DNA of 63,947 nt, the filler included, from Sluysia triapertura (lineage: Eukaryota): assembly GCA_046118255.1 (NCBI GenBank). It is 5 parts of 5 records of this genome, joined end to end, with 100 filler letters (N's around TTAATTAATTAA, not from the genome) between each part and the next. Parts side by side here need not be neighbours in the genome. Positions count along the whole stretch, not along the records: positions 1 to 13,220 come from JBJNIA010051892.1; 4 more parts are not named here. One strand, given 5' to 3'. The notes under the pieces are model-generated. The model saw nothing but the letters and a program-made list of their open reading frames with translations. It ran no database searches and was not told where the DNA came from. Positions 1 through 10,621 of this stretch are shown one piece after another (position 1 is the first letter of the stretch; every line of letters starts with the position of its first letter). Made by a program: the position numbers and the translations under genes.

Positions 1-50
1 CCATTGACGCCATATGGTGTCAATGGCGGTCCCGGGGCTGAAAGGGTTAA
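1..50 (-). mobile_element. piggyBac-type element terminus (truncated by window start)
   Basis: Minus strand reads TTAA-CCCTTTCAGCCCCGGG, followed by a near-perfect palindrome (ccattgacgccatatggtgtcaatgg). TTAA target plus a CCC end is the piggyBac pattern. It lies downstream of the CNNM exon-2 donor, so is probably intronic. Confidence 0.55.
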
Positions 51-232
51 ACAAATTGAAGATATAGACGGATTCAAATCGAGTTTTGTGTAAGATATAG
101 ATACCAACTTATACGTAGGGATTTTTTTAAACTTAAGTTACAGTTTCTTAAGTAAATCATAATGCAAATCTGTTAAAATGTGACATTTACATATTTGCCA
201 AATCGTACAAATTAACTAAAACTATAGCAAAC

Positions 233-1222
233 CATTTCTAAAATTATTCCTTTTAATTTGTCACGGCTAAAAATAACACCGACTTCTTTACCAACAAAAT
301 AATCCAAAAGTTTACCCATGGGATAACTAATTGGAAATGTTATGCACATAAAACAAATTGTAATCCAAATCGTTTTTGAACCTATTATCAATGGGTATCT
401 AGACGTCACAGCTTGTGGAATAATTTCACCAAGTAAAACAATCAAACCTGTCGCTATGATAGTTGCAATAAAACCGTTGCTAAATATAGAATCTAAAATA
501 ATAGAAATAGTACTATTTACAAGTACATTTCCTAGTAACAAAGTCGATAACAAATAGTTACCATTTCTTCGAACTTTCATTATTCTTTTAGCACATAAAC
601 GTTCGTATTCGTTTCCAGATTCAATTAAAATTTGCAAATCCGAAATAGAAAGTGACATTAGCCCAAGATTAAGTCCACTGAATAAAGCAGATAAGCAAAA
701 TAAAATCACTAATACACAAATCACAATATAATCAGGAAATGGTTTAATTTCAAGCATAATTGTTGTATCATCACTTGTACCCTGATGTACCCAATCGAAA
801 ACTGTTAAGTTATTTATATCTAAAATATCCATTAATAAATCATATCATAAATAAATCTTACGTAAGACATAAGAAATACATAAATAATATTTTGTGTTTT
901 TTAAACCTGACAAAAACTCAACTGTTGCTGCCAATGTATCATATTCATAAAAAACCGGAAATGACATAGTCGTACGAAAGCTATCACAACCTCCACTTGT
1001 ATTATCCACATGTGTAAATGAAATTCCAGAAATATTTACCAAGCCGTCTCCAAACAAATATAATTTTACTTTCTTTCTTAGAGGTATTAATAAATGATTA
1101 TTTTTAAACGCAATATCGCTATCACGAGATGATACTGAATAAATTTTTGAAATGCAATACATAAAATCCAAATAACAAAATAAATACAGTGCTATGCAAA
1201 ATTCTAAACTTGATATTACCAT
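233..1222 (-). CDS. CNNM: CNNM/unextended-family metal (Mg2+) transporter, 5' part: exon 1222-862, intron 861-820 (42 nt), exon 819-233; continues off window
   Basis: Signal peptide and extracellular region ending YYLC. A GTAAGA...TTTTAG intron removes an in-frame TGA and joins to ...WVHQG. The CNNM/DUF21 domain follows (LSALFSGLNLGLMSL, GNYLLSTLLLGNVLVN, GEIIPQAV, FPISYPMGKLLD, SRDKLK). Next donor GTTTGC at 232. Confidence 0.92.
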
Positions 1223-1527
1223 GTAAATTAATGAATTATCTTCATTTTCAATTCTTCATTATATTTCAAGTTAAACTAAAACTACATAAAATATTTTATT
1301 ATTATAATATAATTATTATTATCATTCGTTTTTTAATGTTATTTTAAATTTATAAAATAATTCTCTAATATTAAAAATATTATTGGTCAATCATTTTTAA
1401 AAATGACTCATTTAAACAATTGTATATAATTAAAAAATTATACATTTATTATATTAAAGTTCAATCATTTGAAATATAGGACAAGTAATAAATGGAGATA
1501 CATCTTGTTATATAAAACATTATATTT

Positions 1528-1887
1528 TCAATCATTCATTGGACTTAAATGTTCCAATTGTCCATATCTATTAGATTCGAAAACGACATTAATATTTTCT
1601 GTTTGGAATTGATTGTTAGAATTATTTTGTCTTGAAGCCAATTTATCACTTTTCATAAATTTTGACATTGCTAAAGTCATTGCTGCTGGTTTCTGATTCA
1701 TAGATTTTTTCATATTAGCTTTAATTGAATCTTTTAATCGAACTTTGTCCAATGATTTACTAACACTGGATGAAGTTTTACGACCTCTTAATCTTCTTTT
1801 CATACGATAGTTATGAAATGAGCCGACTAAATATCCTATAAAAAGAAGAGCAATACATAAATGAACAATCCATATATACGATGTCAT
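1528..1887 (-). CDS. small single-pass membrane protein, unknown function (119 aa)
   Basis: ATG-to-stop ORF with an N-terminal hydrophobic helix (YIWIVHLCIALLFIGYLVG) followed directly by a basic cluster (RMKRRLRGRK). It sits head-to-head with the innexin locus. Confidence 0.5.
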   Translation of the reverse strand: MTSYIWIVHLCIALLFIGYLVGSFHNYRMKRRLRGRKTSSSVSKSLDKVRLKDSIKANMKKSMNQKPAAMTLAMSKFMKSDKLASRQNNSNNQFQTENINVVFESNRYGQLEHLSPMND

Positions 1888-2261
1888 AGAAAATGTTTAG
1901 TATTAGAAAGAAACTCTATTTCTAAATTTACTTTTGATTGGATACTGCAAAGACACACATTTTACAATTATAAGACTATTTTCAGATATCCCTTATTCTT
2001 ATATTGATTTTTACAAGTATTTATCATTTTTTTTATATTCTACATCTATCTGTGTATTTAAATTAAAATTTTATTAACTTATAAGATATATAAGATTAAG
2101 GTATATAATAAAATCTGTTTTAAATTTAGCATTATTTGTATTTACTAGATTTGTACTTGATTTGAAGTGCTAAATTTAAATTTTATAATTGTTTAAATAA
2201 CTTGAAAATATCTTAATTATTTAAGTGTTACTTTAAATTTTTGAAATATTTAGTATTTATC

Positions 2262-2667
2262 ATGTCAATAACAGCCTCTTTTTTAGGATTCATTCGGGAA
2301 TTTAATTTATTGTCTTTTAAGGAAAGTCGGGATAATGATTCAGTTGATCGTCTAAATAGTCGCCTTAGTGTAATTTTCTTAATAATTTTCTGCGTTTTGG
2401 TTAGTTCTAATCAATATATTGGCAATCCAATACATTGTATGGTTCCAGTAGAATTTTCTGACTTTTGGCAGGCTTATGTAAATAATTATTGTTGGGTTAA
2501 AAGTACTTATTGGGTACCTCTATCTAATCAACCAAATTTTCCGAATCACGAAGAAAGAATAACGAATGAAATAAATTATTATCAATGGGTTCCAGTGGTA
2601 CTTTTGTGTCAGGCTGCTTTATTTTTCATGCCATCACTTTTTTGGAAATTATTTAACTGGAATTTTG
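2262..2667 (+). CDS. inx: innexin, alternative 5' coding exon V1 (N-term, TM1, EL1, TM2)
   Basis: DNDSVDRLN, QYIGNPIHC, YVNNYCW, YYQWVP, QAALFFMP..FWK. Ends TTT G|GTTAGA, a phase-1 donor at 2668; unspliced read-through hits a stop immediately. Confidence 0.9.
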
Positions 2668-2911
2668 GTTAGAATTTATAAAACGCAAAAGTAACTTTAA
2701 ATAAAATTCTACTTTCATATTAATAATTATTTGTATAATAATTGAAGCAAATTTTCATTAAAAAAATAATTAGAAAAATTACGAATATTATTTTTAAATA
2801 TTTTTTAATGTATTCAGTGTGAGTGAGCATTTGGTTAAAATGTTTGATTGAAGTTCAAGTAGAATCTTAATCAAGTTTTATTTTAATGTCATTTATAATA
2901 TTTGATTTCTA

Positions 2912-3302
2912 ATGAATGATTTGTATAAATTATCGTCAGGTTTCGATTTAATATATCGGAAAAACAGAGATGATGATTTTATTGATCGTTTAAATAACTT
3001 TTATACAAGCTTTTTATTAGCTTTAATTGCAATTTTTATAAGTGCTCGTCAATATATGGCTGATCCGATAGTGTGTTGGGTTGATAGAGAATTCACCGCA
3101 GCATGGAATCAATATGTTGCAAATTATTGCTGGATGCAGAATACATACTTTGTACAATCGGATAGTTCATTGCCTTCAGATTATCATACTCGAAATGAAC
3201 TGCAAATTTCATATTATCAATGGGTACCGTATGTGCTTGTACTACAAGCTCTTTTATTTTTTGTTCCAAAAGCAATATGGAAATTATTAAATTGGCAAAG
3301 TG
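2912..3302 (+). CDS. inx: innexin, alternative 5' coding exon V2 (N-term, TM1, EL1, TM2)
   Basis: DDDFIDRLN, QYMADPIVCW, YVANYCW, YYQWVP, QALLFFVP..IWK. Ends AGT G|GTAAAT, a phase-1 donor at 3303 at the same homologous Gly as V1. Confidence 0.9.
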
Positions 3303-3483
3303 GTAAATTTAATTATGTAAATTGGACAACTTGTTTTTAGATTTCGAGATTTAAAGACGTTATAATAAACAATAATTAAAATAAGAATTTCTAATCCAAT
3401 GTAGGTAAAGATACAAAATCAGTAATAATAGAGCATGTACCGATTACATAAAATGGATATTGAAATTGCTTATTTTGTCGCAG

Positions 3484-3813
3484 GTATCAATGTACAAGAA
3501 ATTATCAATAAAGCAATGTCTTTGTGTTTCATTATTCGAGCAACTCCTACACCGGAACAAGAGAAATCGCCAGAAGATGAATTAAAAGAACCGCTGGTGC
3601 CTGATGATATAAAAAATATAGCATATAATCTGGAAACAGCAGTTGATGCGTTGTATGAAGAGAAGACGTTTATGAAGCGCTTTTGTGGTGCTATTGCATG
3701 TTGTATAGGCAATAGACGGTTTGATATCTATTTGGTGGTTTTATATTTATTTACAAAAATACTCTATATAGTTAATATTATTGGTCAAATATTTCTGGTC
3801 AAGGTTTTCATTG
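3484..3813 (+). CDS. inx: innexin, shared downstream exon (cytoplasmic loop + TM3)
   Basis: Acceptor tattttgtcgcAG|GT ATC AAT gives G-INVQEII, the expected continuation after TM2. TM3 reads YLVVLYLFTKILYIVNIIGQIFLVKVFIG. Donor G|GTTTGT at 3814. Confidence 0.88.
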
Positions 3814-3866
3814 GTTTGTTTTAGTCTAACTTCTCTCCGATAATAACCTTTTACATAAGACATTTT

Positions 3867-4202
3867 AAAATTGTTAGATTTTAAACAAACAAACAAAGTT
3901 TTGTTTTTTCTTTGAATATTTTTTGTTGTTTTTTACCAATTCAAGTAATTCCATCATCTAATTCCAGAATTTACGTTCTTGATGTAGAATAAAATTTCAA
4001 AGCAAATATACTTACAAATTCATAAAGCAATTATACATGCTCACTAGAGATGTTATGCTATTTGGTATTCTGCTATTTTTTAGCTGTTAATTAAAATAAC
4101 GTTATCAGACTGCTATCACAATCGCAAAATAGCAGCTATTAATATTAAATATTAATATTAATATTGCATTTTTTATATAAATTTAATTTTGTTAATTTTT
4201 CT
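3867..4202. repeat. ~335-bp direct repeat, copy 1
   Basis: Aligns by eye with 4801-5140; shared blocks include aatttacgttcttgatgtagaa, aaatttcaaagcaaatatacttacaaattcataaagcaattatacatg and ctgctatcacaatcgc. Confidence 0.85.
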
Positions 4203-4513
4203 TTATTTTTGTTAAAGAATTATAATTCATTTAAACATTAGTAAGCATAAGCTGGTTTGCATTAGTTTGTGTGATTGCCAGTATTCATTTCATTTTCACG
4301 TCAATAGAAGCATTGGATTTTTCCTTTTCCTGTCTAATTCGTAACCTCGCATTCTCTTTTAGCTTTTATTTGCTTTTACTTTCGATTTAAGAACATTATG
4401 GTTTATTATAAAACATCTTGCATTTGTAAATCGAAAATTTATATTCAAAGAAGTTGTATATAATTTAAACTTTGACCTACAAATAAATCTGCATTTAAAA
4501 GAAATATAGTAAC

Positions 4514-4718
4514 CTGCCAAACACACACTGAATTATCAGGCATGGAATACGAGGATACTTGCTTACCGTCTGGACTGAACACCAAACTAGTAACTCGCCC
4601 AGAATGACCCGGTAGTGAAATGTATTTACCGATCTTAACATCATAAAACACGACATATCCATTTTTTGTTCCAACACAAACTTTACCGCTTCCAGTATGA
4701 CTAGCCACTATTCGAAAC
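4514..4718 (-). pseudogene. WDR7: isolated WDR7/Rabconnectin-3beta C-terminal WD40 exon
   Basis: ttcAG|G...CAG|GT boundaries. RFRIVASH..KVCVGTKNGYVVFYDVKIGK..LPGHSGRVTSLVFSPDGKQVSSYSMPDNSVCVWQ matches the WDR7 C-terminal repeats. No intact flanking exons found. Confidence 0.7.
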
Positions 4719-4800
4719 CTGAACATTGTAAATGTACAAACATTAAGTATTATGATTTAACTTAAAGAACATGTAATAAGTCAAAGATACTAAAAATGTT

Positions 4801-5263
4801 AAAACTGTTAGATTTTACAAACAAGGTTTCGTTTTTTCTTTGAATACTTTTTGCTGTTTTTACAATCACCTAATTCCATAATTTACGTTCTTGATGTAGA
4901 ACAATCATCAAGAATCAAATTTCAAAGCAAATATACTTACAAATTCATAAAGCAATTATACATGTGCACTATTTGGTATTCTGCTATTTTTTAGTTGTTA
5001 ATTAAAAATAACGTATCAGACACTGCTATCACAATCGCGAAATAGCAGCTATTAAATAACAGCGACTCGTTGAAATATTAACAGACATAATAATGCATTT
5101 TTGATATAAAGAATTAAAATTTAATTTTGTTAATTTTTCTAATATCTAATTTTTTAATTTACATAATATTTAATTTATAAGAAACAGAAAAATACATTTT
5201 ATTTATGAAGTTTTTTTACAGTGGTATTATGATTTTTTATTAAAAGGTTTGCGCACACCTGTA
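4801..5263 (-). mobile_element. direct repeat copy 2, extending to a Tc1/mariner-like terminus
   Basis: 4801-5140 duplicates 3867-4202. From 5263 the minus strand reads TA-CAGGTGTGCGCAAA, a TA target plus CAG end. Confidence 0.55.
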
Positions 5264-6054
5264 CTAAGTAACTTATAACGCAAAGCAGACTCCACTATAG
5301 AATGTTATTATAAATTTATAATTTTTAAACAAGGTACAGTATACTGAATCATAGTTGTATAAAATACTTTGTCGAGCTAGTTAGTGCAACACTAACAATT
5401 CAATTATATTAATCAGATATTAAAAATTAAATAAAAAATTAAACAAAAACGTATTAAATGAACGTATTTGGATACACACAATCATTTATTTTCGATTATT
5501 ATCGAACTCTAACTTTACTAGGCTCGTAAATGCGACAGTTTAAAAATAGGATGGATAATTTTTATTAAGTATCTATCAATCAAGTCATTTTATAATTAGT
5601 TTCTACATCGTGTAAGTTAGTTAAATTAAGTTCAATTAAATTAAACAAATACAAACATGTTAATAAAAATAGCTTTATTCAACTGTTTGTCAATTAAATT
5701 TATAATTTACTGATAGTACTTACTGATCATTTTATCGATATTGCGAGACCCACCAAATATATAACTATAAATTGTAGTGAAGATCTAAATTTCCAACGCC
5801 ATTCTTACAAAATTTACTTCATAAAGGTGATGGTGCAAATGCATTCCAAATGTTTCATACAAAGAAAGAATATCATTAATTTTTACTACATCCGAATTGT
5901 ATTTTGTTCGGTGTTAATAATTACGTTAAATTTCTGGTTTGGTCAAGCAAGAATAAAATTTGTAAAGTTAACTTTCTAACATACTTAATTAATATTATTC
6001 TGATCATATTAATGGCCTAAGGTGCCATTTGGTAAAATTGACAAACTATTAGAC

Positions 6055-6095
6055 GGGGCTGATAGCTCAGTGATAGAGCATTCGACGCCCGGCCA
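6055..6095 (+). pseudogene. tRNA-Cys-like fragment with internal deletion
   Basis: ggggctgatagctcagtgatagagcattcgac closely resembles the 5' half of eukaryotic tRNA-Cys. Anticodon loop and T-arm are missing; an oligo-T run follows. Confidence 0.55.
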
Positions 6096-6312
6096 GTATT
6101 TTTTACGAATATTAACAATTATAGTTAATTAAAAGTGATTGAATGGATAAAAATTTCAGTCATTTTGTAGAAGAAATTATTTCACAAGAAAATTACACGT
6201 AACTACGTGATCAGTTAACACAAGTTCATTCATACTTAAATTATTTTAATAAAGTTTTATTCTGCATTTATTATCAAGTTATGAATCTTCGTGTATGCTA
6301 CAGTTAGTAACA

Positions 6313-6313
<1 letters not shown>

Positions 6314-6361
<48 letters not shown>
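6314..6361. repeat. (TTA)n microsatellite
   Basis: Perfect trinucleotide run. Similar runs at about 8308-8366, 25813-25879, 30615-30679, 32845-32896, 33587-33629 and 58137-58169. Confidence 0.95.
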
Positions 6362-7676
6362 TTGTTCAACATAAATCAGGTTTTTTAATTAACTTCATAT
6401 CGATTATAATCGAATATAAACGATTATTTATACGTAATAATTATCTTTCAGTATATATTATTTTGCTTTATGGAGAACGGTCTAGATCATGAATGTAGTA
6501 ATAACACAAAGCAAATATTAAGATATAAGAAATCTCGATACTAATAAAGATTATACAAACTATTTTACTGTATAAAATAAGTCGCAATAAACTGTGACAA
6601 TTCGGCACGCATAAAAATGACAAACTCATAAATGTTTAAACATTAATGGACATGAAGACTGGCGTCAATGGTGCATAAATACACAGACACATTAAGAATG
6701 TATCCAATAACATTTGTTTCTTAGTAACGAAAAGAATTTATTTTATATTCTACATTTTATTAGATATTCTATCAAGTCAAATTTCTGACTTATATCAAAT
6801 GTGATACTTTTTATGGAAAATTATTTGAAATCTTTTCTGAAAGTTGAATCTAGAAAGGTCTGCTGAAAATACAATTAATTTTAATTCATAAACATGGCAC
6901 ATTATTTTCCATATAATTCTCATTTGAAAATGTCATCATTTTACAACTGAGAACATCTATTATTCTATTTGCAATTGTTTATTAAATACATAACTAATAT
7001 TTTTATTGATGTTTTTAAAATAATGGTTTTACTGTTTTTACATTTTTAAATCGATTTTTAACACAGTTGGTTTGGTTTTGTACTTAATGACCTTCAATAT
7101 TTTTGATGTGTCAATAATAATAATAATTACTAATTATCATTCAATATTTTAAACTTACTTCTTGATATCATAGTGCTTTTATATGAAATAGCTAATTTAA
7201 ATTGAGATTACATAGAGATAATATAAATTCAAAATTTAGTAACAAATAACAATCATTTTTAAGTCGAAATAGTATGAGTAACCATTTTAAAGTGAGATTG
7301 TTTAAAGACAACATGAAATCACAGTTAATAAAATCATTTTAAAATAGAATTCATTAAAAGAATTATGAAATTAAATTTTAAGGGCCTAATATCCGATCAA
7401 AATTGTCTTAAAAACAGGGGGTTTAGAAAATTATGTTAAATAAAATAAAATTTAAATTTAAAAGCATAATGATCGATAAAAATTATCTTAAGTTAAGATT
7501 ACATAAAACGAACATAGAAAATAAATTTAAAAACATTTAAAAAGCCGAAAAGCTATTGTTAATGCTAATAATAATAATAGCAAAAAATAATAACAATAAT
7601 CAGAAAATTAGTGATTGTTGAATATGACTGTATAAATTTGCTAATTTTATGACTGTTATCAAATTAATCATTTATA

Positions 7677-7756
7677 TTAACACATTATGAGCGGGGCGGG
7701 TATTATTACCCGTTTTATGTACTGTCACTTAAGAATACCCGCTCATAATGTGTTAA
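7677..7756. mobile_element. 72-bp TTAA-flanked micro-MITE (piggyBac-type)
   Basis: TTAA-cacattatgagcggg ... cccgctcataatgtg-TTAA: perfect 15-bp TIRs with TTAA on both sides. Confidence 0.8.
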
Positions 7757-7830
7757 CTATTTTTAAAAATTATTTGCGCTTAGTAAACATGTCCAGAATT
7801 CAAATTCTAATAATGACATAATGACTTATT

Positions 7831-8305
7831 TTATATGTCTAGAAAAACTTTACTAACTAAACCATTACTAAAACAGGAAGAATTGTTACGGTTTCTGTCG
7901 TAATTAGATTGTGATGTATTAGCAAATCGACTGATAATTATTCGTTTATTACGTCTAATGGAAATCAATCGTGGTGTATTAGGATTAGTGTTGACAGATG
8001 AAGTATCCGACTTGGAATAAATTGATTGTTTTGGACGAAGATTAACGGCATTGTTTTCATGAATATTTAATGGCGAAGTAGATTTAGGTATTAACATTGG
8101 AGATATCGGTTTAGTCTTTGGTGACCTAGATCGTGGTCTTAAATTCGGTGATATTGGTGAAGTAGAACGTGTATTTGATGACGGCGGCCTCAGATATGGT
8201 GATGCTGACCTGGATATGGGCGACTTGGACTCACTAGATGCGGATTTCTCTTTTAGTTTTGGAATTCCATGTTTCAAATAACTTGCAAGATGCTTGAGAT
8301 TATAT

Positions 8306-8366
<61 letters not shown>

Positions 8367-8414
8367 TGAGAACTCCACTATAAATAATTTTGCATTTATA
8401 AATATTTTGAAACT
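7831..8414 (-). CDS. Ser/Pro/Arg-rich exon of an unidentified gene
   Basis: Frame is stop-free from 8430 down to the stop at 7831 and GC-richer than its flanks. Repeated SP motifs (SPIS, SPYL, SPNL, SPKT, SPML). Candidate acceptor ttttcAG at 8415 and candidate donors near 7855-7862; boundaries uncertain. Confidence 0.5.
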
Positions 8415-8519
8415 CTGAAAATAAAACATTTTAAGTAACATTATGTTGAATTTACTTTACAATATCTAAATATCTAAGAATATCCACTTTAGAAAGGGTT
8501 AAAAACTCAATGTATTGTC

Positions 8520-8800
8520 ATAAACACCAAAAAGTACACAGCAACACCTTTAAATAAGAAGATGAAGTCAAAATTAGCATACAAATATTAAAAAGAAGGC
8601 AAAAATCCATCACACCTAATTAATACTGATAAAGCACAGATGCTAATAAAACATGGAAGATCAACTATAAATGAATTCTAGCAGGCATAAACAAATACTA
8701 TCCAGCAAAAAGATATAACTGAATAAGTACATAATTGCTATTATAATATGAATCAGTATATTTAAAGTACATTGTCAAAGCGGCAATATGTACTATAATT
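8520..8800 (+). mobile_element. decayed non-LTR retrotransposon RT-proximal fragment
   Basis: Frameshifted translation EDEVKISIQ.LK.EGKNP..AQML.KHG resembles the LINE ORF2 E.EV..AI..LK.GK.PG.D.I.AE.LK motif. Confidence 0.4.
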
Positions 8801-9355
8801 ACCTAGTATTTAGAGAAAACTGGTTATGTAGAGATAGTATAAGAACCAACACAAAATTAATGTAGAATTATATATTTTTTATTTTTATTTTTATTATGGC
8901 ACGTGATTGCTTTAGAATTCGTTGTTGTAACTGGAGATTGTTGCTTCAGATTATTCGAACTATTTTGGTGACTAAATATTTGAAATATTTAATAATTCGA
9001 ATTGTTTAAATAGGTTGAAAAGTTTCATAAGTGAATGCAATAAAGTAATTGCCACATATTAAAATGAAAAATAAAATATTAAAACAAAATCGTAATTCTC
9101 AGTTTAGCATTATTTCTTAATTTTTATTGTTTTCTTTGTACAATTTTTTCAGTTGTAGTTCTTCATTTTATTTGAGAAAAACAATTAAAAACTTGAACTG
9201 GTAGAGTAAATAGCACTATATCTCTGTTAAACACAATAACTCGTAATTACCATCACAGCACGTTTATGAACATGGAAAACATATCAAAAATTAAGATGAA
9301 TGATGCAGCCTTATCCGTCAACATGTCCAAATATCACACTCATACGAATAATAAA

Positions 9356-9392
<37 letters not shown>

Positions 9393-10079
9393 TTGATTTT
9401 AAAATAAGTTATAATTTCGAAAAATAAAATAAGCCAATTTTTTCTTTCTTTATCGCGTTATTTAAACTTATTTTAATCTTTGGTAAATGCATAAAAAACA
9501 CAATTTACAAATTAAACTCACATCTGCCATATTCGTAATTTATAAGCTTAATGCAACGTTAAGATTTGTAGAATGTGTAATGGTGAATTAGAATCTTGAT
9601 TCCATTTGAAAAATTAAGAAATATGATACAGTTCAAATTAACAGACAATACTTTATAAAATTCTATTGGGTTTCGCGAAATTTAGGTACATATAGAGCCA
9701 ATTGAAAACACTAAAATTGTGCTATTCAAGCACCTGATATCAATAGTTTAATTTTTATTAATTTTATTCATATTATCAATAGAACAATGTAATAGTGTAT
9801 AAGAAATTTAGTATTTTGCATTTTTATCCATTTTTACACAATATATGTGAGAAAATAATGAGTATGTGAGATGTGATGTTTTTGTGAAACAATAAAATTC
9901 AGATAGCATGAATGACAAGTACATTGATAATAAATGGCAACCAAAATAAATTTGAATAATTTTATGAATTTAAATATTCTTATTTATATAAATTTTGTGA
10001 AAATATGTACATTAAATATTTTCTCATAAATATTTATTATTTTTTTATATATTATTTTTATATCCTGACAAATAATCAT

Positions 10080-10460
10080 TTATAGAGTTATAAAGCTATA
10101 TAGAATTATGCATACTAATACAATGTACACAGATAAAAGGCCATGATTACACTTCTTATATTTGAAGAAAATCATTGTTTTAAAATCTGTCTGTCCATTA
10201 CTACTGACTATTTCAAATGGTGTAATACAATAAAAATATATGTCATATTTTAGATACTCTCTTAATTAAACGATGAGAACATAAAATTTAAATTTGAAAA
10301 CTTAATTTGAATGAATGAAACAACAATTAACTTTGGCTTTAAATTCGGTTTCAATTAGCGAACGTTCTACGAATTTATTGATATCGTCTGATATATACTT
10401 CCAAGAAAAGTTTGATCCCAAAGTCTTACCAGTATGTGATATTTGTTCTTGTGCTAAACT
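10080..10460 (-). CDS. possible two terminal exons of a surface protein with hydrophobic C-terminus
   Basis: Two neighbouring open frames; the second ends ...KKCNHGLLSVYIVLVCIILYSFITL*, which looks like a GPI signal. Splice phases do not join cleanly. Confidence 0.25.
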
Positions 10461-10621
10461 ATAATTAAAATTAGTTAATTTAAGAATTAAGATATTATTA
10501 AAAATTAAAAACATGAAAATGAATTATATACAAATACGATTAAGTTTTACAGTATATTTTTGATATCAAATGATAATTTATTATTTTTGCCCATTTCGTA
10601 GGAGCAAGTAAACTTGTACTT

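Noticed and set aside
342-557. Short ORFs antisense or out of frame to real exons (342-557, 760-969, 3081-3290, 3093-3275, 3470-3712, 4495-4677)
   Set aside because: Shadow frames of CNNM, innexin and WDR7 sequence.
820-861. TGA read-through or a variant genetic code linking the two CNNM ORFs (also TGA at a Trp position in SET)
   Set aside because: A canonical 42-nt GT-AG intron removes the CNNM stop. Intact exons use TGG for Trp, and SET has other lesions.
2262-3340. Two independent, truncated two-TM innexin genes as drawn by the ORF track
   Set aside because: Homology in both ORFs ends at a GT donor at the same position, in frame with the 3484 acceptor. Splicing is the simpler reading, though it is unconfirmed.
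5815-5950. KPEI*R..KYNSDVV on the minus strand as an upstream WDR7 exon
   Set aside because: Short match with two stops and off-by-one spacing; cannot be separated from chance.
6295-6492. Poly-Tyr, poly-Asn and His/Tyr-rich ORFs (also 25761-25964, 33259-33444, 39943-40149)
   Set aside because: These are translations of TAA/TTA microsatellites.
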